Position numbers and translations under genes: made by a program. The notes below the pieces were generated by a model, which saw nothing but the letters and a program-made list of their open reading frames with translations, was not told the origin of the DNA and did not search any database. From Acholeplasmataceae bacterium (lineage in GTDB: Bacteria > Bacillota_I > Bacilli_A > Acholeplasmatales > Acholeplasmataceae): DNA of 64,000 nucleotides. Positions 9,824 through 20,258 of this stretch are shown in pieces. Position 1 is the first letter of the stretch. Each line of letters begins with the position of its first letter. The stretch covers positions 1,184,001 to 1,248,000 of the forward strand of contig OY763415.1 of assembly GCA_963667565.1 (NCBI GenBank). The letters run 5' to 3'.

Positions 9824-12820
9824 TTATGCAGGATTTATGATGTTTAAGAGTACAGTTTCGTTATAAAGATCAGAAACTGCAATGATTTGATCTGGTACAA
9901 TACCAAATTCATTACTTTCATATACAAAAGGATCAGCTTCTGTACCACTGCCACTTACGATATATGCATTGATTGAATTTGAACTTGTTGTGAATGCTGT
10001 ACCATTAGGCAATAAGATTGGTGTGATTGAACAAGCACCACCACCTGATTGTTGACCAATCACTAAACCTAAGTTATTTTCTTTAAAAATGGTTGCCATT
10101 TCATTTGCAGCACTAAATGTGACTGTTGATGTGAGTAATGACCAATTTAATTGACTATAACTGTCGATACCTTCAATTCTTACATAAGATGTAGAAACAC
10201 TACCTGTTGATCGATTCATTCTTGAAGTCTTAAATGCTTGATCTGTAATAAAACCAACAACTCTATAAAGTGCTCCAATATTACCACCCATATTCCAAGA
10301 TAGATCTAGAGTAACATTTGCAAGATTTGGTGCTTCTGCTGACATTGTTTCTAACATGATTTCCATGTAAACTGCGCTGTCTGCGATAACCGTATCGATC
10401 ATACTCATTTCAAATGGAACTACATTGTCAACTAATCCACTATCATAAATACCAACATAGAACAATCCATAAGTTTCATCAAACGATACTTGAACAGTGT
10501 AGGTTACATCATTTACAGTTTTAGCATAATATAGAGTTGACTCACTATCTGTAGATGCAGTATAACCTAATGCGACAAGTGCATTTTGATATGTTTGAAC
10601 ATATGTACTATCTAAACCTTTAACTAAAATTTCTAAAGATCTATTTGTATCAGTGCTATTGTTGTAGAAGAAATATTTATTTCCTCCATCTACTGCTGGT
10701 AAGACATCTGTTGCACTCAATAAATTTAATGCGTCACTTGTATAAGCATCACTATAAGTCGCACTTTCTTCAATATCAGATGTATTAAAATCATCAAGTG
10801 TAAGTACTGCACTTGTTTTTTCATCATCTAAGAACCAATAATATGGTCTATATCCAGCATTTGCATTCCATCCAGATGCTGCTTCACCCCATTTAACACC
10901 TATAGCATCATCAACAGCCACTAATCCTTTATACCAATCATTAAATCTTGGTCCATAGTTAGCCAGTGAAGACGTTGCAGGTCCTGAGTAGTTCGCAACG
11001 TTGAAATATGAAGGATATCCATATGAAGTATGTGGTTCATCTAACCCTTTGAGTAAGACTTTGCTGATTGCATCGTCTACTTTATACGCTCTAGCATCTA
11101 GTAAATCATCCATATAGACTGCAAGTTTATCATAATATGTATTGACTTCCATAATATCTTTTAATCCATAGAAATAATCAAGATCAAATGCGAACATGTT
11201 ATATGTATGAACTAATAAGTCTGATGGAATAGATGTTGCTTGCATCGTTGAATCCATCATTTGAGCATATTCATCACTATCTTCACTTGGCAATGAATAA
11301 ATACCATATAAAGCATCGTAATTGTAATAAACATTATAATAGCTTGAACCCGCAAATAATTGATTAACTAAATAATAAGGAAGAACAACATCGCCTTCAT
11401 AAACTGCCATATCTAAGTTATACATATTTAAGTCATAAAATACATCATGACCCTCTTGGTAATAAGCATTTGGATTTTCGTTGTCATAAACAATGTGTCG
11501 TCCATAGTTTGTAGCAGTTGAATACACATATGCCCAATAAAAACCTGGATCATTTGTTGTTATTGTATTCGTATTTGAATCTAGAATACAAATTAAATCG
11601 TATGTGTAATCCTCTTCAGCATCATAATAGAAATACTCAAGTGTTAACACACCATTATCTGTTGAATCTGTGATTGTAATACTTGGATCAATAAATCCTT
11701 GCAATAAAGTGAAGAAATCCATCACTTTTACATATGGAACATAACCATTTTCTTCAAAGTATAACGTCAATGAACTGTCTGCAACATCATATTCAGGTGT
11801 TGTGTTATAGAAATTGACTACTCTTGAATTTGTAATGGTGACATCATCCACTAAATTTAAATCCACTGTATATGTTTTGGTTTCTGATAACCCATTAAGT
11901 GAATAAATAATGGTGACAGATGCTTGTGTTGTTGTATCACCATATCTTACAGGTAAAACGACACCAGTTTTAGAAATATAATCAGATGTTGAATACCATA
12001 AAATAGACGTTCCATTAATTCTACCTGAACTAGGTATATTTAAATTGTATTCTGAGTTATAGAAATTATCTTCAACGTCTGTAATATCAGCTTGTAATCT
12101 TTGTGCATCTGCTGCATCAATCCATTTTGCATAAAGTGTTACATCTGCAGAGATTTGTGTTGAAAAATCAAACGCTTTTGATGGATTTGATTCTACATAC
12201 CAAAAATCAAAAATATAACCATCTTTTGTTGGATCTTCTGGTTCAATTGCTACTTGATGAATAGCAACCAATTGCGATTCAACACTTGAACCACCATCAG
12301 TATCGAAAGCAACTGTAAATGTTTCTGGTGCCCAATAAGCATTTAATGTCAAGTTTGACGTGATTGGTGTGTTAAAATCAAACGCTTGATTTTCATCACT
12401 TAGATACCAATAATCAAAGACGCTTTCTGCTTTAGTTGGCATATCAGGTGCTGTGATTGTTCTACCTGAAATGACTTTGATGTCACTAACATCAGACCCA
12501 CCATTTGAATTGAAACTCACAACCATTAAATCAGCATCAGCTACCCATAGTGCAGTAATCGTTAAATCACTTGTTACAGGTGTATCAAAATCAAAGGGTT
12601 GATCTTGATTTGCTTGATACCAATAGTTAAATACATATCCGTCACGACTAGGGTCATCAGGTATAGTTATTAGTCCGTTTTCTAAAACTTCTTGACTCAT
12701 AACAGCTGTACCACCTAGTGTGTCAAATGTTACAGTATATGATTTATCCCCACATGATGCTAAAACAACTAAAAATAGCATCATAAATGTGATACTTATC
12801 ATTTTCTTTATATATTTCAC
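9824..12820 (-). CDS. Surface lipoprotein S41-family peptidase with three InlB B-repeats
   Basis: Lipobox LASC and three B-repeats. C-terminal S41 motifs EPHT, DLSWNMGGN, TFSAANE (catalytic Ser position), GQQSGGG, LPNG, GIVPD. Confidence 0.8.
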   Translation of the reverse strand: MKYIKKMISITFMMLFLVVLASCGDKSYTVTFDTLGGTAVMSQEVLENGLITIPDDPSRDGYVFNYWYQANQDQPFDFDTPVTSDLTITALWVADADLMVVSFNSNGGSDVSDIKVISGRTITAPDMPTKAESVFDYWYLSDENQAFDFNTPITSNLTLNAYWAPETFTVAFDTDGGSSVESQLVAIHQVAIEPEDPTKDGYIFDFWYVESNPSKAFDFSTQISADVTLYAKWIDAADAQRLQADITDVEDNFYNSEYNLNIPSSGRINGTSILWYSTSDYISKTGVVLPVRYGDTTTQASVTIIYSLNGLSETKTYTVDLNLVDDVTITNSRVVNFYNTTPEYDVADSSLTLYFEENGYVPYVKVMDFFTLLQGFIDPSITITDSTDNGVLTLEYFYYDAEEDYTYDLICILDSNTNTITTNDPGFYWAYVYSTATNYGRHIVYDNENPNAYYQEGHDVFYDLNMYNLDMAVYEGDVVLPYYLVNQLFAGSSYYNVYYNYDALYGIYSLPSEDSDEYAQMMDSTMQATSIPSDLLVHTYNMFAFDLDYFYGLKDIMEVNTYYDKLAVYMDDLLDARAYKVDDAISKVLLKGLDEPHTSYGYPSYFNVANYSGPATSSLANYGPRFNDWYKGLVAVDDAIGVKWGEAASGWNANAGYRPYYWFLDDEKTSAVLTLDDFNTSDIEESATYSDAYTSDALNLLSATDVLPAVDGGNKYFFYNNSTDTNRSLEILVKGLDSTYVQTYQNALVALGYTASTDSESTLYYAKTVNDVTYTVQVSFDETYGLFYVGIYDSGLVDNVVPFEMSMIDTVIADSAVYMEIMLETMSAEAPNLANVTLDLSWNMGGNIGALYRVVGFITDQAFKTSRMNRSTGSVSTSYVRIEGIDSYSQLNWSLLTSTVTFSAANEMATIFKENNLGLVIGQQSGGGACSITPILLPNGTAFTTSSNSINAYIVSGSGTEADPFVYESNEFGIVPDQIIAVSDLYNETVLLNIINPA

Positions 12821-12911
12821 ACTTCTTCCTCCATTGTTAAAAATTATTTATTACAATATTATATCAATATTGTTATGGTGTCAAGCAAAACTTATCATTT
12901 ACGGCTTAAAT

Positions 12912-12945
12912 AAAAGAAAAACCTAACACAAATGTGGTAGGTTTT
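12912..12945 (-). terminator. Intrinsic terminator after PFOR
   Basis: Inverted repeat AAAACCTAaCACA / TGTGgTAGGTTTT with an adjacent A-tract on the plus strand (U-tract on minus). Confidence 0.6.
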
Positions 12946-12963
12946 AATCTTATAAAAAGTATT

Positions 12964-15900
12964 TTATTCTGCTTCTTCAGGAATTGAATAATCCATTGCA
13001 GCATATCTTTGATACATTGCCCAACGTTTCTTAGCATTGTATAAGTTAAGTTCAAGAAGTTCAGCAGCATGATCAGGATTGATTTGTGCTAATTGAGAGA
13101 ATCTTGCTTCATTTAATAAGAAGTCATGATATTTATCCCATACTGGTGGACGAGAATCAATTTGGAATGGATTCTTGCCTTCTTCTTCTCTACGTGGGTC
13201 AAATCTAAATGTTGGCCAATAACCACATTGAGTTGCTAATTTAGCTTGTGCAAATGAATTCGTTAATCCACCTTTAATACCATGTTCAATACATGGTGCA
13301 TAAGCGATAATAATTGATGGTCCTTCGTAACTTTCAGCTTCTTTAAGTGCTTTAACAACTTGCGCTGGTGATGCACCATGAGAAATTTGAGCTACATAAA
13401 CGTGTCCATAACTCATCGCGATTGCAGATAAGTCTTTACGTTTGTTTGGTTTACCAGCAGCAGTAAATTTTGCAATTGATCCTACTGGAGCAGCTTTAGA
13501 TGATTGACCACCTGTATTTGAATAAACTTCAGTGTCAAGAACTAAAATATTAACGTCTTCGTTATTAGCGATAACGTGGTCAAGTCCACCATAACCGATG
13601 TCATAAGCCCAACCATCTCCACCAATAATCCATTGTGATACTTTAGCAAAGTAGTCTTTTAATGTTAATAATTCACGTGCATAAGGTGCATCAACTTTTT
13701 CAAGTTCAACAACCATTTCTTTTTTAATCTTTTTAGTTTCTTGTGCACTCTTTCTATTTTCAATCCAACTTTGAGCCAATGCTCTTAATTGTTCTGGCAT
13801 TTCATCTAAATGAGATGCTAATAAAGTTTGTACTCTATCTCTCATTGTTTCATAAGCAATCTTCATACCGAAACCAAATTCAGCATTATCTTCAAATAAT
13901 GAGTTTGCCCAAGCAGGTCCAAAACCTTCTTTATTGGTTGTATATGGAGTTGATGGGAAAGAACCACCATAAATTGATGTACATCCTGTTGTATTCGCAA
14001 TCACTAAATGATCACCAAACATTTGTGTTAATGCTTTGATATATGGTGTTTCACCACATCCAGCACATGCACCAGAGAATTCAAATAATGGTTGTTGGAA
14101 ACTTAAGTTCTTAGGACTATCAACACCTAAATCTTTGTAAGTCACTTCATGGAAGAAATAATCTGCAGTTTGTTGAGAACCTTTAGCAAGTTCATCACCA
14201 ATTGGTACCATTGCTAAAGATTTTTCAGGTGTAGGACATACTTGAACACAGACACCACATTCAGTACAATCAAGTGTTGATACTTGAATAGAGAATTTCA
14301 TGCCTTCTAATCCTTTACCTTTAGCATTAATCATCTTAGCACCTTCTGGAGCATTAGCTGCTTCAGTTTCAGTTGCTAAGAATCCACGAATAACACCATG
14401 AGGACATGCGAAGACGCATTGATTACATTGAATACAGTTTTCATTTCTCCATTCTGGAACATAGTTCGCAATACCACGTTTTTCGTATCTTGTAGAACCA
14501 TTTTCCATATGAGCATCTTCATAACCTAAGAATGCAGATACTGGAAGTGAATCACCTTCAATCGCATTAACGACATCAGCAATCTTCTTCACATAATCTG
14601 GTCTAGATAAATCTTCAACTTGAGGTGCATCTTCTAATGCAACCCAATTAGGATTTACTTCAACTTCTACTAAGTTTTCATAACCAGCATCGATAGCTTG
14701 TTCGTTTAATAAAACGATTGTGTCACCTTTACGGCCATATGTTTTCTTAGCATATTCTTTCATGTATTTGTTAGCTTCTTCAGCTGGCATTAAATGCGCA
14801 TTTAATTTAAAGAATGCAGATTGCATAATTGTATTAATACGACGACCTAATCCAATTTCATAAGCTAAATCAACTGCATTAATAATATAGAATTTAGCTT
14901 TCTTTTGAGCAAGTTGACGTTTAACTTTATTTGGTAATAAATCTTCAATTTGATCTGCAGGAGTTTGTGTGTTTAGTAGGAATGTTCCACCTTTTTTCAA
15001 ACCTTTAAGCATATCATATTTAGTAAGATAAGTATCTGTTGAACATGATACAAAATCTGGATAGTTAACTAAGAATGTAGAACGAATTGGCTTATCAGAG
15101 AAACGTAAATGCATACGTGTAACCCCACCAGCTTTTTTAGAGTCATAAGACGCATAGGCTTGAGAGTATAATTCTGTATGGTCACCAACAATTTTAGTGA
15201 TGTTCTTAGAAGCACCAACGGTACCATCAGAACCTAAACCAAAGAATAATAATTCTGTTGTTTTATTTTCTGTAATTTCTAATGATTTGTCATATGATAA
15301 TGATGAGAAAGTCACATCATCTTCAATACCAATTGTGAAACTATCTTTTTGTTCGCCTGCTAAGTTTTCAAATACTGATACTAACATTGCAGATGTTGTA
15401 TCTTTAGATGATAAACCATAACGACCACCAATGATCTTAGGTTGATTTTCAGCACCATAATATACAGATTTAACATCTAAGAATAATGGTTCGCCGATAG
15501 AACCTGGTTCAATAGTTCTGTCTAAAACAGCAATTTTATTCACTGTTTTTGGCATTGCATCTAAGAAATATTTAATGCTAAATGGACGGTATAAATGTAC
15601 AGTCAATAAACCGACTTTTTTACCTTGAGCTCTTAAATGATCAACTGTTTGTTGAGCTGATTCACATACAGAACCCATCGCAATAATCACATCAGTTGCT
15701 TCTGGATCACCATAGAACACGAAAGGTGCATAAGGTCTTCCAGTAACTTTTGAAATTTCTTGCATGTACTCATTAACGATATCAGGTACTTGAGCATAAT
15801 GAGTTGATTGTAATACTCTTGTTTGGAAATAAACATCATCTGATTGAGCTGTACCACGAGTTACAGGTCTTTCTGGATTTAATCCAATACTTCTAAATTT

Positions 15901-16509
15901 AGCAAGTGCATCTCGATCTAACAAACGATCAAACACTTCATAATCCATTACTTCAATAGATTGAACTTCATGAGATGTTCTAAATCCATCAAAGAAATGC
16001 ATAAATGGAATACTTGACTTAATTGCTGCTAAATGGGCAATACCTGCTAAGTCCATTGATGATTGAACACCTGTTGATGCTAATAATGCAAACCCTGTTT
16101 GACGTGCTGCCATAACATCTTGATGATCACCAAAGATTGAAAGAGCTTGAGCTGCTAAGCTTCTTGCTGCAATATGGAAAACACCTGGTAATAACTGACC
16201 AGCTATCTTATACATATTAGGAACTTTCAATAATAAACCTTGTGATGCTGTAAATGTTGTTGTTAAAACACCCATTTGTAATGAACCATGAACTGTACCT
16301 GCAGCTCCTGCTTCACTTTGCATTTCTACAACTTTTACTGGCATCCCAAATAAATTCTTTTTACCCTGTGAAGCCCAAAGGTCAACATTTTGTGCCATTG
16401 GTGAAGATGGTGTAATTGGGTAAATACCTGCAACTTCTGTGAATGCATAAGCACAGTATGCAGCTGCTTCGTTTCCGTCCATGGATTTAATCACTTTTTT
16501 CGCTACCAT
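12964..16509 (-). CDS. nifJ: Pyruvate:ferredoxin (flavodoxin) oxidoreductase, single-chain
   Basis: YPITPSS, MQSEAGAAG, two ferredoxin motifs (CIQCNQC..CP, CTECGVC..CP), FSGACAGCGE, GGDGWAYDIG, YSNTGGQ. Start moved to ATG 16509, which follows GGAGG. Confidence 0.96.
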   Translation of the reverse strand: MVAKKVIKSMDGNEAAAYCAYAFTEVAGIYPITPSSPMAQNVDLWASQGKKNLFGMPVKVVEMQSEAGAAGTVHGSLQMGVLTTTFTASQGLLLKVPNMYKIAGQLLPGVFHIAARSLAAQALSIFGDHQDVMAARQTGFALLASTGVQSSMDLAGIAHLAAIKSSIPFMHFFDGFRTSHEVQSIEVMDYEVFDRLLDRDALAKFRSIGLNPERPVTRGTAQSDDVYFQTRVLQSTHYAQVPDIVNEYMQEISKVTGRPYAPFVFYGDPEATDVIIAMGSVCESAQQTVDHLRAQGKKVGLLTVHLYRPFSIKYFLDAMPKTVNKIAVLDRTIEPGSIGEPLFLDVKSVYYGAENQPKIIGGRYGLSSKDTTSAMLVSVFENLAGEQKDSFTIGIEDDVTFSSLSYDKSLEITENKTTELLFFGLGSDGTVGASKNITKIVGDHTELYSQAYASYDSKKAGGVTRMHLRFSDKPIRSTFLVNYPDFVSCSTDTYLTKYDMLKGLKKGGTFLLNTQTPADQIEDLLPNKVKRQLAQKKAKFYIINAVDLAYEIGLGRRINTIMQSAFFKLNAHLMPAEEANKYMKEYAKKTYGRKGDTIVLLNEQAIDAGYENLVEVEVNPNWVALEDAPQVEDLSRPDYVKKIADVVNAIEGDSLPVSAFLGYEDAHMENGSTRYEKRGIANYVPEWRNENCIQCNQCVFACPHGVIRGFLATETEAANAPEGAKMINAKGKGLEGMKFSIQVSTLDCTECGVCVQVCPTPEKSLAMVPIGDELAKGSQQTADYFFHEVTYKDLGVDSPKNLSFQQPLFEFSGACAGCGETPYIKALTQMFGDHLVIANTTGCTSIYGGSFPSTPYTTNKEGFGPAWANSLFEDNAEFGFGMKIAYETMRDRVQTLLASHLDEMPEQLRALAQSWIENRKSAQETKKIKKEMVVELEKVDAPYARELLTLKDYFAKVSQWIIGGDGWAYDIGYGGLDHVIANNEDVNILVLDTEVYSNTGGQSSKAAPVGSIAKFTAAGKPNKRKDLSAIAMSYGHVYVAQISHGASPAQVVKALKEAESYEGPSIIIAYAPCIEHGIKGGLTNSFAQAKLATQCGYWPTFRFDPRREEEGKNPFQIDSRPPVWDKYHDFLLNEARFSQLAQINPDHAAELLELNLYNAKKRWAMYQRYAAMDYSIPEEAE

Positions 16510-16526
16510 AAACAAACCTCCATATT

Positions 16527-16982
16527 CTATTCTAAGACTTTTAAAATATCATAAGCATTCTCTTTTGGAGATGCTTTTTCGAACACATGTGTGATGATAC
16601 CTTCTTCATTTAAAACAAATGTAGAACGACTCACACCCATATATTTTTTACCATACATACTTTTTTCTACATAGACACCAAATTGATTGATGACTTCAAG
16701 ATGCTCATCTGATAATAATAGGAAAGGTAATTCAAAACTATCAATGAATTTTTGATGGCTTTTTTGACTGTCTTTACTAATGCCAATGACAACGACACCT
16801 CTTTTTTCAAACTCATCATATGTATCTCTAAATGCACATGCTTGAGTCGTACATCCTGGTGTGTTATCTTTTGGATAAAAATAAATGACAACACGTTTTC
16901 CTAAAAAATCTTTAAGCTGATGCATATTGCCTTTTGCATCTGGTAAATTAAAATTATTTACTTTTGCACCTACATCAAGCAT
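16527..16982 (-). CDS. bcp: Thioredoxin-dependent thiol peroxidase (Bcp/PrxQ)
   Basis: YFYPKDNTPGCTTQAC, GVSRSTF. Start at ATG 16982 after a GAGG RBS. Confidence 0.92.
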   Translation of the reverse strand: MLDVGAKVNNFNLPDAKGNMHQLKDFLGKRVVIYFYPKDNTPGCTTQACAFRDTYDEFEKRGVVVIGISKDSQKSHQKFIDSFELPFLLLSDEHLEVINQFGVYVEKSMYGKKYMGVSRSTFVLNEEGIITHVFEKASPKENAYDILKVLE

Positions 16983-17163
16983 AAAATCATCCTCTTTTTG
17001 GTATTCGTCTTTAACCATTATTCATTATAACCCATTTTATAAGTTTTTTTAACCCTTTTTTTACTTTTTTCCATAGTTTCTCATACTTTGATTAAAAAAC
17101 CGTAATCTACCTTATTTTTCTTATAAACACAGTCAGTAGTGTTAAAGATTTTATTTAATAAAA

Positions 17164-17197
17164 TAAAAAGAATGCTCGATAGCATTCTTATTTTTTT
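17164..17197 (-). terminator. Terminator after tRNA-Leu
   Basis: AAGAATGCT-cgat-AGCATTCTT stem with A/T tracts on both sides. Confidence 0.7.
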
Positions 17198-17199
17198 AA

Positions 17200-17283
17200 T
17201 GGTGCGGGTGACAGGATTTGAACCTGCACGCCATAGGCGCTAGATCCTAAGTCTAGTGCGTCTGCCAATTTCGCCACACCCGC
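17200..17283 (-). tRNA. tRNA-Leu(TAG)
   Basis: GCGGGTGTGGCGAAATTGGCAGACGCACTAGACTTAGGATCTAGCGCCTATGGCGTGCAGGTTCAAATCCTGTCACCCGCACCA. Long variable arm, encoded CCA. Confidence 0.97.
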
Positions 17284-17340
17284 GCAAGAAGAATTATACT
17301 CTATTTTAAATAAATAGTCAATTCTTTTTGCACCCTAAAT

Positions 17341-18885
17341 CTATTTCTTTTTTCTTAATACAATAAATACAGTTATCCCAATCAATGGAATTATTCCTAA
17401 ACCATAATACCAATGATCTATCCATGTGTTTTGATTACTTACATCTACTAATATCCTTGAAGTGTAATCTATGCCGTTTAGTTGATATGAAAAATATACA
17501 TAGTAAGAACCTTCATTATCTTCGTGATCTAAATATTCATTATATAATATAGATACATTTTCAATATTTTGATTTTGCGAACTCATATAATTTTTAAAAT
17601 ATACAATCATATCTGTTTCATTCATCACTTCTGTAGACATCAAATTTATAATAGGTTCATCATACTCAAAAATTGGTGCTTGATTATCAATTACATGGAT
17701 GAATGATTGATATGTTCCTATGTTTTGATGTTCGTCACTTGCTTGTAACAAAACTTCATAAACTCCAGCGTTTGTTGTTTGTAAATACTGATCAGATAAG
17801 ATAGTAATCGTAACATTTTGGTCTACATCATCACTTGCACTAAACAAGTCTAGAATTTCTATTGTTGATAAGGGTTGATCATCAGTATATAGAAAAATTT
17901 GATCAGGGCCAAAAATAGTAGGTGCAGTATCATCATTAATATTTACAACAAATGAATCATAGGCTGTATTACCAGCGTGATCAGTGACACTAAAATAAAC
18001 TGTATATGATCCTATTGTATGAGCTGTTGAATAATCTTCTTGTTCAATTAAAATATCACCTTGATTAAGTATATCGACATTATCAGTGATTGTAAATTGA
18101 TTAAATAATTCCATAAGCGATGGTTCATTCCCATAAGTGACATCAATGACATCAGGACCTAAGATGATAGGTGCTTCTTTATCAATAATAATGATTGATA
18201 ACATCAAATACTTCTTGATATGATTAAGTTCGGACATAAGCATTAATTCATAAGTACCTGCCATTTTATCACTATCAAAATAATTATCGCTTGTGATGCT
18301 ATAATCTAAAACTTGATGATTTGAATCATAAGCGTGAATCAAATCAAACAATTGTTCTTCTGTCATCTGTTGATCATAACTCATCGTGATTTCAGCATGA
18401 TCAACTCTATTAAATGTTGTATCTAAAAAGGGCTCGAATCCCGGAAATTGATCATAGGATCCATGATATAAAATAACTTCATAGTTTGGATTTATATTAT
18501 CAATATCAAAAGGCATACTAAAGACTGTAAAATCATCTTGAGGCTGAAATTCCACATAAACTCTTTGGTTGACTTCATCATCAAGATACGCATAAACAAA
18601 AGGAACAGCATCAGGGCCCACTTCTATTTCCAATTCTTTACTTCTTACTTCACTTAAGTGGTCACCTAAGTAATCATAGGACATCACTAAAGTATACGTA
18701 TCATTTGGTGTGATGTCATAAATATCATCACAATATCCATCAATGGTAAATCTTGTCTTTTTAAATCTTGATAAATTAATATAATTTCTAAAATCATTTG
18801 GTGTCTGATTTTCTAAAGCGAAAGTTTCACCAATACTCATAACCACCAATAAACAAAACAGTATTAATAATATTATTTTTTTCAT
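17341..18885 (-). CDS. Surface protein with signal peptide, tandem Ig-like (DUF5011/HYR-like) repeats and C-terminal membrane anchor
   Basis: Repeats of D-x-x-AP-x-I-x-GPD ... D-x-VD ... G-x-Y-x-V ... D-x-x-x-N. C-terminal TM followed by RKKK. Confidence 0.65.
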   Translation of the reverse strand: MKKIILLILFCLLVVMSIGETFALENQTPNDFRNYINLSRFKKTRFTIDGYCDDIYDITPNDTYTLVMSYDYLGDHLSEVRSKELEIEVGPDAVPFVYAYLDDEVNQRVYVEFQPQDDFTVFSMPFDIDNINPNYEVILYHGSYDQFPGFEPFLDTTFNRVDHAEITMSYDQQMTEEQLFDLIHAYDSNHQVLDYSITSDNYFDSDKMAGTYELMLMSELNHIKKYLMLSIIIIDKEAPIILGPDVIDVTYGNEPSLMELFNQFTITDNVDILNQGDILIEQEDYSTAHTIGSYTVYFSVTDHAGNTAYDSFVVNINDDTAPTIFGPDQIFLYTDDQPLSTIEILDLFSASDDVDQNVTITILSDQYLQTTNAGVYEVLLQASDEHQNIGTYQSFIHVIDNQAPIFEYDEPIINLMSTEVMNETDMIVYFKNYMSSQNQNIENVSILYNEYLDHEDNEGSYYVYFSYQLNGIDYTSRILVDVSNQNTWIDHWYYGLGIIPLIGITVFIVLRKKK

Positions 18886-19003
18886 TTTTAACGCCTCCTA
18901 ACACATAATAGGTGATAACTAAATAAATTACTTGTTAAAAAGCATTGTACAAAAAACAAATTTACGCAGATGATATACTTTAAGTAAATAGGAGGTTTTA
19001 CAT

Positions 19004-19126
19004 ATGTCATTTCAAGCTTATATAGACAATATTACAAAAGCCATAATAAAAACACCTCCATATATCAATTATATAGAAGTGTATGTTATTTTGTTATTAA
19101 CCCTCTTTTTTTATAGTATCTACTAA
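19004..19126 (+). pseudogene. 40-codon ORF whose N-terminus resembles DUF4287 proteins; probable remnant or small membrane protein
   Basis: GGAGG RBS at 18991 and extended -10 TGATATACT upstream. Translates MSFQAYIDNITKAIIKTPPYINYIEVYVILLLTLFFYSIY*. Confidence 0.4.
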
Positions 19127-19163
19127 ATGGGGTTCAGTCTATTGTTCTCTATCTTTTTCTTTA

Positions 19164-20246
19164 TCACGAGAATTTATCGTAATATACATTTTCTTCTTTA
19201 ATATCGTGTTTATTTAACACATTAATACATGCGTTAATCATTCCCGGTGACCCACATAAATATGCTTCACTTTTTGATAAATCGCCTGTTAATCTGTCTA
19301 AGACATCCGTGATAAGTCCAACTTCACCTTTCCAGTTATCACCTTCATCAGGTGCTGATAATGCTGGAATATACTCAAAATTTGGATATTCTTTTTGTAG
19401 TTCAAGAAATTCTTCTGTGTAATATAAATCTTTTACGGATTTTGCCCCAAAGAAATATTGAACTTTTCTAGGCATTCCTAAAGCTTTTAATCTAAATAAG
19501 ATTGAACGAATAGGTGCTTTCCCAGAACCACCAGCAATACATACAATCGGTTTATCTGAATCTTCTTGTAAGAAGAAATCACCAAATGGACCAATTAATG
19601 TTGCTTTATCGCCAACTTTTAATGCTTTATGAACATATGTGGTTGCTTGTCCATTTGGAACCAAACGAATAAGCATTTCGACATAATCGGTATGTGCAGG
19701 ATCTGATGCAAGAGAATATGCGCGAATCACTTCAATCCCTGGCACTTTAATTTGCATATATTGTCCAGGTTTGAAATCAACATGATTTGGATCTTTTAAT
19801 TCAAATCTCACACGTTTAATATCATATGTTAAATCTTCCATTTCAGATACAACTGTTTTAAACTCTTTAGCGGTTAATAAACCTGGGGGTAATACGATTT
19901 GCATTTTATCTTTGACTTTAACTTGACAAGACAAACGTACACCTTCTTCAATCTCTTCTTGAGATAAAAATGGTTCTTCTGTTGGTTTAACACCTGGAAC
20001 GTCATCAAGTAGTCTAAATTTACAAAATCCACAAGTTGCTTTTCCACCACAAGCTGATGGAATATATACTTCATTTTGTGCTAAAGTTGATAATACTGAA
20101 TCATCACCATATACGACCATTTGTGTATCACTGTTTACAGTGATTGTTTTTTCTTGACTACCTCCGAAGATGTAGTCAAGTAGAATAAGTACACCTGTGA
20201 TCAGTAGTAATATACCTATGATGATGAGTGGTAAAAATATATTCAT
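19164..20246 (-). CDS. nqrF: NqrF-like membrane-anchored [2Fe-2S]/FAD/NADH oxidoreductase
   Basis: N-terminal TM; SACGGKATCGFC...RLSCQ 2Fe-2S ligands; RAYSLAS FAD motif; GPFGDF, IAGGSGKAP, YLCGSPGM. Confidence 0.82.
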   Translation of the reverse strand: MNIFLPLIIIGILLLITGVLILLDYIFGGSQEKTITVNSDTQMVVYGDDSVLSTLAQNEVYIPSACGGKATCGFCKFRLLDDVPGVKPTEEPFLSQEEIEEGVRLSCQVKVKDKMQIVLPPGLLTAKEFKTVVSEMEDLTYDIKRVRFELKDPNHVDFKPGQYMQIKVPGIEVIRAYSLASDPAHTDYVEMLIRLVPNGQATTYVHKALKVGDKATLIGPFGDFFLQEDSDKPIVCIAGGSGKAPIRSILFRLKALGMPRKVQYFFGAKSVKDLYYTEEFLELQKEYPNFEYIPALSAPDEGDNWKGEVGLITDVLDRLTGDLSKSEAYLCGSPGMINACINVLNKHDIKEENVYYDKFS

Positions 20247-20258
20247 TTGTCTACCTCC

